This document shows, piece after piece, positions 11,947 through 25,512 of a stretch of 64,000 nucleotides of DNA. The notes beneath the pieces are model-generated. The model saw only the letters and a program-made list of their open reading frames with translations, did not search any database and was not told the DNA's origin. Origin of the DNA: Geosiphon pyriformis uo1 (lineage: Eukaryota; Fungi; Glomeromycota); assembly GCA_016748015.1 (NCBI GenBank), contig JAAOMT010000571.1, positions 1 to 64,000 of the forward strand, written 5' to 3'. Within the stretch, counting starts at the first letter, position 1; each line of letters begins with the position of its first letter. A program made the translations under genes and the position numbers.

Positions 11947-13016
11947 TGTTACTTAAGTAGAAAAACTGATCTGAAGTTAGAAAAAACATGACCAGAATGT
12001 GACATAATACAGAATAGTGCACAATAACATTGGATAAAGCATTATAACTTAGGATAGTGCAGGATAATGCGTTATAATGTAAAATAATACAGAATAACAT
12101 ATAATAACACCAGATAATATGTTATAATAGAGAACAACACAGAATAACATATAATAACACCAGATAACGTATTATAACATAAGATAACTGGGAATAATAT
12201 AGAAGAACAAAGCAATAACAGAAATAACAAAAGCAATAGTTAGCAATAACAAAACAATTAAAAGCAATTCTATAAAACCAAAAGAATGTATAAAAGTGAG
12301 TAGTGTAGAAGAAAAAAAACAGACAGATAGATACAAACCACTAGACAAAAAACAAATATCCATCACCCCTCTTTATTTATTATATTTCCATATTCATCTT
12401 TTGAAATAAATCAATTATCAAAGAAATCAGAATCATGAATTCATGTTCTCAAACTGTGTGGGATTTACATGAATTAACCATTGTTTTGTATCTTTGTTTT
12501 AGGATAGATGCTTTTAATATAACTGTTTTAGACTATTAACAATTTGGACCAATCACTCTTAATCATGACAATTAACAATACTAATTTATCTTTTTTTTTT
12601 CTTTTTTTTTCTTTTTTTCTTATTTTCTTTTGTAAAGTGGCAACATAGTAAAATTGACTGTCTAAGAATAGACTTCGTGATAGCCTGGTAAAAGAAAGAG
12701 GCTCCCCCTAGGTTTTGGATATTAATGTTATCTTGTTAGCTTACCAGAAGAGCAAAAAGACACTGCCAGACCCTAATGACTGTGCTCATTAGCTTGGAGA
12801 AAAAAGCTCACATTTACAGAAGATGTTGCAATTGACAAAAAACAAATTCTGTGCCTTATAATCAAAGAACTCAATGGGTAAATTTACATCCAGAAATAGA
12901 CCTTCAAAGACTGATAATCAAGACTAAGCCAACAAAATTATGCAGAAGACACATCACCAATAATTAAGAGCACCAAATGTTACCATCTCCATTATTTACC
13001 AAGTTTACCCATAACA
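11947..13016 (+). repeat. 3' LTR (1070 bp)
   Basis: TGTTACTTAAG...TTTACCCATAACA; directly preceded by the PPT and followed by the TSD. Confidence 0.95.
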
Positions 13017-13020
13017 GTAT

Positions 13021-14997
13021 TGGGATGCTATGATCAGAAAAGGTTTCAAGTTAAAGGCTGGTTTGTCCTGGGATTTTCCGAATGAAGTGCTGTATCACTT
13101 CTCATTATATGATCTAAAAACATTTAAACAGATTCAAGCTAAGATAAAGTCTGCTTCTGTCATTAATTTTTCTAATGCTTTTGGGGTTGTTGGTCAGCTT
13201 TTTGGACACTGGTTCCTGGATTTGCAAGTTCTCAACTGGGCCTCTCTAAATCTTTTGCAGTTTCTGGTGAGATTATGGATTAGCCCATCTAACAATTTCC
13301 TGGCTGGAATAGTGCATATTTTTTTGAACAATAATATTTCATTGGTGAACAATTTGCCTAGTGCTTTTCTTAATTTCAGCAGGTATTCTGTCTCTGGTGT
13401 CTTGGGGTCTTCTTTGTATTATAATTGGGTTGGTTTATTGAAGAGATTTGGTGTGGCTTTTTGCAACAGACTTTTGGACAAACATGGTAAAATATTGGAT
13501 TGGCAAACATTCTGGTGTTGAAAGAGACTGAATCCCAGGGGACCTGTGTCTTCTTAGTTTGTCTTGGTTTCAAAATTTTTACATGGTGTGATTCCTTTGT
13601 CAGCATCTTCCAGTGATAATCTTATAGTGGATGTCAACAATGTTTTGATCTCTAGTCAATTCTCTAATGTCAAGAATAGTCTACTGGAGGTCTGGTCAAA
13701 TTCTATATCTGTTTTTACAGATAGATCTCTGAAAGAGCTTGGTTCTACTGATGTGGCTGAAGGTGCTGTGGCATTTTTTCCTGAAATCAAGTTGGGTATA
13801 AGGGTTAAAATAGTGGGTCTTTTATCTTCAATAATGGCCAAATTACAGACTGTTGCTCTGGTACTGGAGTGTGTTTCTTTTTTTTGTTTAGTAGAAGTGT
13901 GTTTGGACAGTCAAGCTGCTTTGGATGCATGTGTTTCAGAATTGAAAATGGGTGTTCCTAATTTTTTTAATTGCTGCTGGATGGAAAAGAAACACATTGT
14001 GAATTTGGTTAGTCAAAAGAACATTTCTGTGGTTTGGTCAAAAGTTAAAGGCCACTCTGGTGTGATGAGTAACGATTGTGCAGATGTGTTAGCAGGCATT
14101 TCTGTCCACTCCTCCTTGCTGCTGCCAACTAATGTGCATGAATGTTTTATGATTGCCAATGGCACGCCAATATTTGGTAATATTTGATACTTTATCCATA
14201 ATGTTTTTAGTTTTGTGAATCACACACATTGGAAAATTGGCCCCAGTTCTAAGATTCTGTGTGGTTTTTTGGTGCATAGTATTGATTGGGTTAGGACTGT
14301 GGCCATTTGGCATCCAGATTTGGGCATGTTATCTGGATTAACAAGTAGAGCATCAGCTAGTTTGCATTTCTACTTTATGAAGGCTGTGTATGGCAGATTG
14401 CCTGTTGCAGTTAGGAAGAGACTTTATAACAAAAATTATCCTGGCATTTTGTGCTTGTATTGTGGTGAAGTTGAATTCTCAAATCATGTGTTCACTTGTA
14501 GCAAGAAAGCTGTCTCTCATAGTGAGATTTTGTTCGAGTAGATAGCAGTTTGGAGGTTTTTGTCTGGCTCTTATCTCCCAGCATCTTTAGTGGTCCTAGA
14601 AACTCTTCTCTCATGTGTACATGACATTGGCTTATATGCCCTTCTTTGCAAAAACTTTGTGCTTGTAGGATGGTTTGAAGAAGCTGTGTGGATATTTGAG
14701 AATTGCAAAAAGACTGCCCAGATTCTTACTGATTTTGTGTAGAACATAGGAATATAACATTGTTTTGAGTTGTGAGAGTTTAGATCCCAGTTTAGAGCTG
14801 ATATGGAGAAGAATAATTTGGTCAATAACTCAGGTGTATTGTCTGTAACATTTTGTGGCTCAGCATGGAGTTTATCGGATGGTACAGTTAGGTTGATTGG
14901 TATTGATGATTTCTTTGGAGTCAGTTTTGGTTTTCATAAGCCTTATTTGTTTTTTTCTGGTTCGGATGATTTGGCTACTGTTCTTATAAGTGTGTAG
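13021..14997 (+). pseudogene. LINE A ORF2, 3' part: RT C-terminus, RNase H and C-terminal CCHC knuckle
   Basis: Rejoins across the insertion as ...SICRH|WDAMIRKG. RNase H motifs VFTDRS, AKLQTVALVL, LDSQ, KVKGHSG..SND.AD. Knuckle CLYCGEVEFSNHVFTC. Confidence 0.9.
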
Positions 14998-15439
14998 TAT
15001 TGCTTTGATTAGTCCAAGTAATTAGTCACATGTAATAAATGCGTGAATTGTGTCTAGCTGGAATTTATAGTTTTGATTCTGTATATTAGATAGCAATTGG
15101 ACTGCACTCATTAAACTGTTAATAAAAAAAAATATATATAATCTACTATTGTGTTTTACAAGGATACTATTTATGTTGATTTGTAAATTATAATTATAAA
15201 TAATTATAAAAAAAATTATGGCTTAAATTAGTAATAATATTATAATATATAGCTTTTTTTATATTTTATATTAAGTATTTAATATTTTTTATATTCTTTT
15301 GTATTTTATAACTATATAAAAACCCAAAGTTAATTATTATCTTATTTACTCTGTTTTTATGTATATTACTAAAAAATTTAATAAATTAACTATATATTTT
15401 AATATATTATAAGTTAGTTCTTAAATAATATTATTTAAC

Positions 15440-17900
15440 TGAAACAATTTTCAAATTAGCAATCTTGGGATTGTAGAAAGCAGAGATAGTCTTATAAAGC
15501 CAACCATCAAAAACAAAACTCTTAAAGAGAGCCATGGAAACAGAGACATTAGAAATACTGGCCAACAACAGTTACAACACACATGATAAAGAATAAGAAA
15601 GGCCAAAAAGAGTCTTCCAAGAAGCTACAAAGGAATCCAATATCTGAAAACAAGTAAAACCATCAATGTCACAAAAAAAAGCATGATCTAACACTTCCAC
15701 AATACCATAATACAAACACAACACACTAGGGTAATGTCAGTTATAAAGTTGCTTCCAAATGACAATAGGCAGCCAATGATGCAAAGCTTTCATAAAATAA
15801 GTGCATGCAGAAGCTGTAAATTTGTTAGTAAAACCAGTGGTCATATGTAAATCAGAGTACTACACCAATAAGGAGTTGAGCCAATTAATATTAAAATGCA
15901 GATTACTATCTAAAAATGTAGAACCAAAACCAATCTCTTAATGGACACAACAAATGAAATGAAAAACATCATGAACAAAGTGTTTAGAGTTGTCAGAAAC
16001 CATACAACTATCAACTACCAAAAAATATTTATTTAAATAAGAAGAAAGGTACCAATCAGAAAGAAAAGTGGCATTAGCAAATACATTAACATGCTTATTT
16101 TCTAAAATACTGAAGTGGTTTTTTATTTTGAGCCAAGAAACTCTTAAATTCTTACTATGAACAATATTAACAATATGTTAATATTTAATTCAACACTAAT
16201 TGTGAAAGTCTGGAGACACCAAACTTAGTTCGAACTTACAAGCATCCAAGACAGATTGACTATCTAAAAACAAGCAAACAGAGCTAAATAGGGGAACACA
16301 CTTCAAGACCAATGCAATAGCTTTCAATTCTACCAAAATAGATGACATTAAACCTAAAACACCTATACCTAAACTCAAATCAATATCTTTAAAAAAAACT
16401 GTAGCATCAGTTCTCATATCAACTATATTCAAGTTCTTTAAAAACCTATCCATATATACCAAAAAACTGCCAGAAACAACCCGAAAAAGCTGATCACAAA
16501 CAGAGCCAAAGTTGCGAGACTTAAAAATGCTCAAAGAACCAATGCCATTCAAAACAGTAGAATGTGTAGAAGAAAAGATCATGCCATCAAAAAATACAAT
16601 AAAAAGCTTAAACCACTTAAAAGTTGGGCCACAGTGGTCTAATCTCTTCCACCACTTAAAAGTGTACCAATCATAAACAGTACTATAATGATCATGAAAT
16701 TAATCTACAAAGGCAATGTTATATCTTTGGAGAGAAGGAAAATACTTGAAAAATTCCAACTTATTAAGAACAGCAAACATGAGCACCCCACCACAAAAAC
16801 AAAAAAAACTGTCAAAAAAGCCACTCAAGAACAAATTGCACTCTAGAAAAATACAAATCATGCCTACCAAAAAGTTATCAGATAAACTAACCTGAATACA
16901 AACAAGAAAATTTAAAGAATAAACAGGACACCAACACAAAACTTACAAGTCATAAGACCTGTGAGCAAACAAACAATCCAAAATTCCACCAGAATTTATA
17001 AAGCTAATATAGAATGTCACTTTACTTTTAGACTGAATTTGGACAAAAGATTTCAAACCATAAAATAAAAAGTAATAGATTATATTACCAGAAAAATCAA
17101 TAGAAAGATCTGATTTGGACTTTAAGCCTTTACAAATCAGAACATTCCACTTGTTACATACACCAACTAGAACAAAACTAAACTGCATTCTATAGCTAAC
17201 AATAGAATAAAGAATGACTAACACCAAATACAAGAACTGTTTATCTAAAACAGCTTTTTTTAGAACCAGATTAACAAAAAAGCAAATATTTGAATGTGTC
17301 TTAGCCAAGCTAAGCTTCAAAAAACCATTTGTTGAAAGAAAGATACTCAAGTATCAATGAGATTCTTTCTTTTTGGTAATAGAAATAAGCAATCTATTGA
17401 TAGACAAAGAAAGTTTATTGACTTTGCAATTGATAGAAATGGCTACCATTTTGTGTTGTTGATTCAAAAAAATTCACTAGCAATGTTAAAAATATGTTGA
17501 GTAGCAGTCTGACTGTTACCAACCCAAATTGTATCATCAATGAAAACACTAGTGGCAAAAAAAGAAAAAAGCCCAGTCCAAAACTCAGCATGACCACTTT
17601 CGAAAATAAAATAAGAACTTAATCTGTATTCATACATACTTTCCTGTCTCTTAATCTTGCACATAAAATATATGTCACAAGAGTAGGAAAAAAACTTTTC
17701 TTTGGTCTAAACTATTATGAACATAATAACCACTTGTTAAACCAAAATCAGTTATAACTCTGTTGGTATAACTTCTATGAATACTACCAAAAATTCAAAT
17801 AAATTTGCTATATATTTTGATCTTAATCAAACTCTTTTTAAGATGTTTCTAGCCAACCAAATCATATACTTTCTGTATATACTGCAAAACCAGTTCATAA
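15440..17900 (-). mobile_element. Degenerate LINE ORF2 fragment (RT-RNaseH-CCHC), truncated at both ends
   Basis: SVFIDDTIWVG, LVYMDRFL, VELKAIALVL, LDSQ motifs homologous to copies A and B. Confidence 0.88.
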
Positions 17901-17904
17901 TATT

Positions 17905-18330
17905 TTTGATAATTTAATTGAAGTTTTTAAGTATTCTAATTAAGTATAATATTAATCTTAATTAGTTAGTTATAATTAATAAGTATTTAATATTAAATAA
18001 TTTTTATAATAAAAATTTAGATAAGTATAATAATATCATTAACTTTAAAAAAAAATTATTGATTTTATTAATTAAAATTTTTATGGTTTTATTAATAATA
18101 ATAATATATATATTAACAATATAATTAACTTAGTGAATTAATTGGTTTATATATTGTTTTGTAATAATACTGTTTGTTGATTTATTATTAAAAATAAGTT
18201 TAATAGATTAATTATTAATTTTAATATTTGTGTATATAACAATATTACAAATAAACTTAATAAAATATAGTTGTAATATTTAATACTTGTAATTTAGTAA
18301 TAAAAGCTGGCTAGTTTTTGGATAAATTAA
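17905..18330 (-). mobile_element. Heavily eroded gypsy protease relic
   Basis: Minus-strand IYTNIKINN*SIKLIFNNKSTNSIITKQ aligns to LYTNARVGNIDIKLILDSGSAGSIIMKQ, largely through G>A/C>T changes. Confidence 0.7.
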
Positions 18331-18988
18331 TATTAATCACAAATTAATCTATTAGTTTTGTTATATTTTAAAAATTTAGCAAAAAATTTATAAAATAATA
18401 TAAATTATCTAATTATAATATAGCACAATAATAATTTTAAAAAAATAATGATTAATATAATAACAAACATCAACCTTCAATAATAGTTAATACCAATTGA
18501 TAATAGCAACAAACACCAGATTAAAATATCAAAAAAAAGTATTACAATATATTTTTTGTAAAACTACAAATATATATATATATATAATAACTTTAATATT
18601 AAAAAAAACAATAAGTTATAAAACAAGTTATTTAATAATTCATTAAACAGTTTTTACTTTAATTATTTTTTGGTTTTTACTTTTGAAATAAATATTTAAA
18701 GAAATTTTTAATCAAAAAAAATAAAAATAAAATATTAAAAACTGAATTATTATAATTCAAAGTATTAAAAAACTTACTTGTATTATTTATTGAATAAAAT
18801 TATTATTCATTAGCTAAATTTCTTAAAAAAATAATTTCTGATTAAAATTATTCATATTTTTTTTTTTAATTTATTAACGAATACAGCCCAACTAAAGTCT
18901 AGAATAAGTTACAAAGAAGAGTAGCCAACTAAACATGGTTCATGCATTTGCTACATGTGACTGGCCATTCGAGTTAATCAAGGCAATA

Positions 18989-21900
18989 CTACACACTTAT
19001 AGAAACACTAACCCTATGAACAGCACCAGACAAAAACAAGAACCTATTCCTAAAACTGACATCGAGAGAATCCAACACACTAATAAGACAGATCATGCCA
19101 GCTGAGAGAGGCAGAGCACCCACACCAAGAGCACCAGCCACAACAACATCATCACCAATCAAACCACTTCTTTCTATGTCAGACCTGAACTTAGTTCTAA
19201 AAAGCCAGAGGTTTAACCTATGACTCTCAGCCAAATAATGGACGAAATCCACTACCACAAAGGCCGCTTTCTTCTTGTTACCGAGAGAAGCAATGGCCTC
19301 ATCCATCCAACTTTTGAGAACAAATCCCTTGCAAAAAACCAAATACAAACCAACATCAGACACCCCCAGAGAGAAATTTTGTAACACAAAAGACAGTAAC
19401 ATTAGATCAGGACCCATTAGAGTTTTCCACAAATCACTAAAGTCACCCAAAATATCCGACTGCACAGAAGCATCCTTAACACAAGTAAAACCATGATTGG
19501 GAAGTTCCATATCACCACAAAATAGACATAACACACCAGAGTAATTCTTATTATACAGCCTCTTTCGAACAGCAACAAACAACTTAAAATGAACAGCTTT
19601 CATGAAGTACATATAAAGAGCAGCAGTGGTTCGACACATATTTCCAGAGAGCATATGAGAGTCAGGGTGCCAAACTAGAGTGGTACTATTCTAATTGACA
19701 ACCAGACCAAACAAACAAGACAAAACCCCTTGGCCAGGACCTATCTCCCACTGAAACTTGCAAATAGAATGAAAAATGTCATGTATAAAATGGCGAGCAT
19801 TACCAGAAACTGGCCTGCCATCAGCAACCACATATCTACAATTAATCTTGGCAGGGAGAGAGATCTTAGAGTGTGCAGTTTGTTCAGCAAAAATGTCAGC
19901 CATAACATTACCAGCAATGCCAGCATGACCTTTGACTTTGATCCAGCAGACAGTCAGATCTTTGGATTTAATCAAATCAATCACATGGCACCTTTCTATC
20001 CAACAATTATTGCGACAATCCGGCTGCAAGAGACCCAATTCAGCCACACATGCATCAATAGTCACTTAACTATCTGTGTGCAAAGCCACTGAAACAGAGG
20101 CAAGAACACACTCCAAAGCCAGAGCAACAGCCTGTAATTTAGCCAGGGTTGAAGACAGCACACCATGTACCTCCACCCCTAAATCTTTGTTCAAGCTAAG
20201 AAAATAAGCGGCAGCACCACACATCACCTGAAACATACCCAAGTCTTTAAGAAAACTGTCAGTATAAATATCAATCTTATCAGCCCACAATCTATGAATT
20301 TCCTTATGAATATTGGCAAAAGACGTTGAATTTAAAACACTAGCACAGACAGAAGCTAAACTCACAGGAGGGGAAGCATGCAAACAACTATTCAAGTAAG
20401 TGGAGGCCTTCAAAAACCATAAAGGCATGGAGCCTCTAGAACCAAGTCTTTTTCATCAATAAAACATATGCCAACTAACAACCAAACCATTTTTGTCCAG
20501 GAGTTAGTCACCATATGCCACATCAGCAATTTTTAAGGAGCAAACCACATTGAAATACAAAGGATTATCTAATACCAATAACATTGGGAAACAGCCAGAA
20601 GAGCAAAAGGCACAGGGAAGCTTGTTATCTAAAGATAACTTGTTGTCAAGAAATATACAAACCACACTCACTAGAAAATTGTTTGAAGTGTTCACTCTTA
20701 GCTTAACAGAATATTGAAGAGAATTCAGTAAAGTCCAGCACAAAACCTGCAAATTCAAAAATTAATGTTCGAATAGTCAACCAAGAATTCCAGAAGAATT
20801 CGCAAATTGCACAATGGAAGCTACCTTGCATTCAGCTTGCAACTGTTCAAAAGATTTCAGTCTATAAAGAGAGGGGTGGTGCAACACCTTATTGGGAAAG
20901 TCTCTTGGTAAATTGGCTTTCGACCTAATACCCTTTCTAATTAGAACGTCCCATTTTAGACAAACAGCTTTGGAAACAAAACTAAACTGTGTCTGATAAC
21001 TGACTATGAACTGCAAAACAGCTGAAACTAGATAAGAGAATTGTTTATCAGAGACAGTCTTCCGGAGAACCATATTTGAGAAGAACCTAATATCTGAATT
21101 GGCTTTGGCAAGACTCGGCTTAGACAAATCATCGGTGGACAAAAAAACACCCAAATATTGATAATTCACACCAGGATTGGCAACAGCAATAGCCTGGCCA
21201 TTAATAGATAAAACAGGAACCCCCACTCTTTTGTTGATAGGAATGGCAACCATTTTTTTGTTGTTTATATTAATGTCATTGATAAGGAAAAACTCACTGA
21301 CCATATTAAAAATGTGCTGTGTAGAGGCTTGTCCATTTTCCACTCAAATAGTGTCATTAACAAAGGCACCAGCCGCGAAAAAAGAAGTCATACCTCCACT
21401 AGTCTCAATCCTTCCAGTCTTTGTCACAAAGTTCAAATTAATCTGATAACTACACAAATGATCTTGTCATGTAACTTCACATAACAAGGGGTCGTAAAAA
21501 ATTCTTCATAGAAGAGGTGAGAAAACTTCACCCTAATCCAAACTATCAAGAACTTTGTATCCATCAGAAAGGCCAAAATCTGTCATAACTCTGTTGAAGT
21601 GATTGTTGTGAATGTTGCCAAAAAACTTGATAAACTTGCCATACATTTTGATATGATGTAAACTAGCTTCTAAATAAGGCCAACCAACAGAGTTATACAC
21701 TTTGTGCATGTTTTGAAAAACCAGCCAAAGTTTATGGCCTTTTTCCAACACATCCTCTATAATTGAACCCACAGCTGAAATTGGTGACTGAGTGGAAGTG
21801 CCTTTGAGGACAGAAAAGTTGTTATCACGGAGAACATCAAACTTACTACAAGCAAAAGAGATCTTGTTTAAGAAAACTTTTAACAGAATCTTTCTGGCCA

Positions 21901-23668
21901 TCTCAATCAATGCAATAGACTGTGTATTCGACAAAACGCCATCCCAATCATAAGGCTTAGGAATCATGGACACCCAGGTCTCTTTCCAATGGACCAGAAC
22001 ATCACCAAAATGCAAACAAGAGTTTAGCAAAAACAACAAACACTCCAAAACCAAACAGCCAGCATGTTTTCAAAGCTTATTGGTAATACCAGACAAACCA
22101 GCAACTTTGCCATCAGGAAGATTGCTTACAACTGAAAACATCTTACACATGGTAATATCACACATGACCAGACTAAAGGCACTATCATTAACATAAGCCA
22201 AAGGGACATATTGTTGTGCCCAGGGACCAGACAAGACAGGAAGAGCATTCCACTTTCTGGTCCAATTAACCATGATGTCATTCACTTTGAGCTTTACTTT
22301 GTTAGGTTCTAAAATAAGAGAATCACCAACAACCAAATAGTCTAGAACAACTTTGCAAAAGGGCCACTCCAAGATGCTCCAAATCATCCTACTTTTGTCT
22401 GTATCAAACTTTTCCATACACTTATCAATTGCGTCTCTGATAGCAGATCTTTTGGCCACTTCAGACTCATAATATTTGGACTTTCTATATTGTTTTCTAA
22501 CCTTTGAAAGATAACTAATCAAGCCAGCAGAACCCACACTATCCCTGATCATACCAAGAACTTTGGAAGCTTTGGAAGAGTCAACTTTAAACCAAGTATC
22601 AGCCAGACAATTAAAGCCCAACGTATCATCCAGTCTCAGCACTTTTAATAACTTGGCAACCAACAGTTCTAACCTGGAAAATTTAGAAGAAAGTCTATTC
22701 TTAACACAATCAAATTCACTATACCAATGTCTTGAAAAAATTTCTTTAGCAGAAGCAGTCATGGCTTCAGCTAGCACCCCCCACATTCCATCCAAGTTGC
22801 CATTATCTTTAGCCATCTTGAACCTATCCAGAAAACCCAAAAGTGCACACTCAGAAAGTTCTTTAAAATGTGCCCACTTTTTCTTATCAGCATTCTTAAT
22901 TTTAAACTTCCAGCAATCCTTATTAGCATGCTTGCGGATGCTGTTTAAACATGCATCCAGAAGACCACCCAGCCCAATAGACATCGAAACAGCCAAATAA
23001 TCCATGTCAAAAAATTCTGAGACAGAACTAACATCACAATCCACAACAGCTGAAATCAAAGAGTCACTAACTAGAATGTAGTCCAAAACCTTGCTAATGC
23101 CTCTTGAATTGCTCCAAGTAGGAATCCTAGCTAGAGAGTGGCCACCAAAAACATTAACTAGACCCAAGCCTAAATATTTTCTAAGGCTTGCCCCCTTGAC
23201 TGAACTGTTTTCATTGAAGTCCTCACCCAAAACAACAAAAGAACTTTTGTTGACAGTATCAGCAATGGATAAATTAATAACAGAAGCCTGAGCAAAATGG
23301 TCACCACCAGACGCACAGGCATAAAGCCCAATGACAGACACAGAAAGCTTGTTCTTGAACAAAAGACGAATTGAAAGAACTCTGCCCTTCACCTCCTCAA
23401 CTTTGAAAACATGACGAGCCAGAGAATCATTTACAACAATGGCCACACCAGTCTTACAAACCCCAACATCCAGACCAGACGTAAAAACCCGAACACTTTC
23501 AAACCTTTTTATGATCTATGGTTGGGAACTGGAACACAACTTGATTTCCATAACAATTGAGATCAAACTACCAGATTCCTTATGTCAATAAAAAATGTCT
23601 TTTTGTTTTGCAGGATTGTTTATTCCCTTAACATTACACATAGCAATTTTTCAAATAAAACTGGTCAT
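18989..23668 (-). pseudogene. LINE B ORF2 (APE-RT-RNaseH-CCHC) with in-frame stops
   Basis: CNVKG, GEDFN, LDYIL (APE); MIPKP, GAFVND (RT); IYTDSF, KVKGHAGIAGNVMAD (RNase H); CLFCGDMELPNHGFTC. Confidence 0.92.
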
Positions 23669-25512
23669 TGTGACAAAGAGATAATCAAAGAACCCAAGCC
23701 AGTACACAACTGATCCAACTTAGCCAAAATTGAATCAATAGAGATGTCGAAGACAACCAACTTCAATTCCAGACCACCAACTTTGGAACTACTCAGATCC
23801 AAGAGCGAATCGGTAACACCTGGAGAGAAAAAAGTAGGCTGGACCAAAGGATCATCAACTGCCATGTCAAAATCCAAGTCGGATTTTGCAACCACAAGAG
23901 GAACAGAAGTTGGGGACTGAGAAACAACCACAGAAAGAGCCATTTGAGAGGAAGATGCCAAAGGTGCTGAACCAATATTGTTAAGACGAGAAAGAATGTT
24001 CGAAATTTGTTCAGACAAAAGCTCCACAGAGCATTCCAGAAGCGCTAAGCGAGCACTTAAAAGAGAATTGACCACAGGTAGAGAAGGAAATGCCCCACCT
24101 GAACCCAAAACACCAGAAGGCGGGGAACTGGAACCAAAACCAGCACGAAAACTATAAGAGATTAAAGCAACTGTGACCACTTGAGCCCAAGATTTGCCAC
24201 CAAAGACAGCAAGATGAGAGATTGATACATTTTTCTTTGCATATAATTTGGCCAGCTGGAGATGAGTATCTAGGTTGGCAGGCCTTATAAAAAACTTTGA
24301 AGATTTGAGAGCTGATGCAACCTCAGCATTACATTCCAAGGCAGAATGACTGAACTTCCCACACCGTTTACAGCAAACCAAATTCAGCCTAGCCCATAAG
24401 AGTTTCACACCACCAAAGATTGGCTCCATGCAAAAAGCTGACTCCAAAACCTCATCAGAATCAAAACAAACAACAGCACAGTGGACCCTATTATCAGTCT
24501 TTAATGACCAATTTATGACATAAGTTTTCCCACCAGCCCTTTCAAGGAGATCTCCAAGATCATGAGCAGTAGTTCCCACCAGCAAAGTAAACAAAAGCGC
24601 CCTGAACTGATCTCTAGATGCCCAAGTTTCACGATCGCCCACTGCTATAACCACACAAACCAAGTTTTTACTAATCAGGAAGGACCACTTAGCAGCCAAA
24701 GACACAGCCTGTTCCAGTTCGGCGAATTCCATCACAGCCTTTTGCCATAAACCAATTAACTGGATTTTGATCGACTTAATTTCTCCAAACTCGGATACTG
24801 CGGCGATGATCATTTCTTTTGGCATATCCATAGGAATTTCCTTGATTACTATGGCCCAATCTGAGCAAATTCTTTGTTTCTTAAGATCACTGTTTACAAT
24901 AATGTTATTTTCTCTGGCCAATGCCATGGTCTTTTCCATGCTTTTTGATGAAGTAAACGTTGATCAGATGATCCCTTCAAATTTTGAGGGAGTAGTGGCC
25001 CCCCTAAAACCATTGATCATTGAAAATAATTTTCTGATAGCCTGAGTCTTGGCTGTTGCTGATTTCCCCTCCACAGCAGATAGATTAATGTCCAAAGCAA
25101 ACAATTTCTTCACAGCAACTTCCACTTGAGACTTAACAATTTTGGGGTCTACCCATATCTTTTCTAAAGAAAAAAACAAACAGAGAGGAAGAAAAACTTC
25201 CTCTTCATTATCCATGTCATAATTAATAGAGCTGAAAGGGGAACTGACAGCCACACCAGTATTGAAATGCTTCGCATTAGGTGTATTCATTTGGGAGTCA
25301 GAAGTGGCTCTACCATTAGAGACTTTTCCATCCATATCCATGCTAGCATATTGCCTGTCCACACTAACAGGCCCACCATCTTTGAGATTCCTATCCACAC
25401 TTGAAATTTTAACACCATTGAGAGGCTTTTTGACTTTTTGAGTTGAATCACCACCAACTGAACTAGCAGTCGAGACTTTGGCAGACCTTTTTTTAGCACT
25501 AAGATTACTCAT
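23665..25512 (-). pseudogene. LINE B ORF1 (RRM-like + CCHC), one frameshift near 24964
   Basis: IVIKEIPMDMPKEMIIAAVSEFGEIKSIKI; CKRCGKFSHSALEC; probable ATG at 25512. Confidence 0.85.

Larger units (their letters stand above)
4671..13016 (+). mobile_element. Ty3/gypsy-type LTR retrotransposon carrying dUTPase; lacks RNase H/integrase; nested in LINE A
   Basis: Two ~1.05-kb direct repeats with TGTTAC...(G/A)TAACA termini; 4-bp TSD GCAT (4667-4670) / GTAT (13017-13020); PBS; PPT; gag-PR-dUTPase-RT order; RT has gypsy-like MPFGFCNAPATFQ and VYLND motifs. Confidence 0.95.
15..15132 (+). mobile_element. Full-length non-LTR retrotransposon (LINE copy A; ORF1 + APE-RT-RNaseH-CCHC ORF2), inactivated and interrupted by an LTR element at 4671-13016
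   Basis: 5' end AGAAAAAAACTTCTTTCTC...CCCAAATTCC matches the 5' end of copy B (25655, minus). 3' UTR and A-tail end at ~15132. Probable TSD ATATATATAAT at 4-14 and 15132-15142 (low complexity). Domain motifs are listed under the ORFs. Confidence 0.92.

Noticed and set aside
19275-25045. Plus-strand ORFs overlapping LINE B (and similar shadows over host genes)
   Set aside because: Antisense shadow frames with no motifs.
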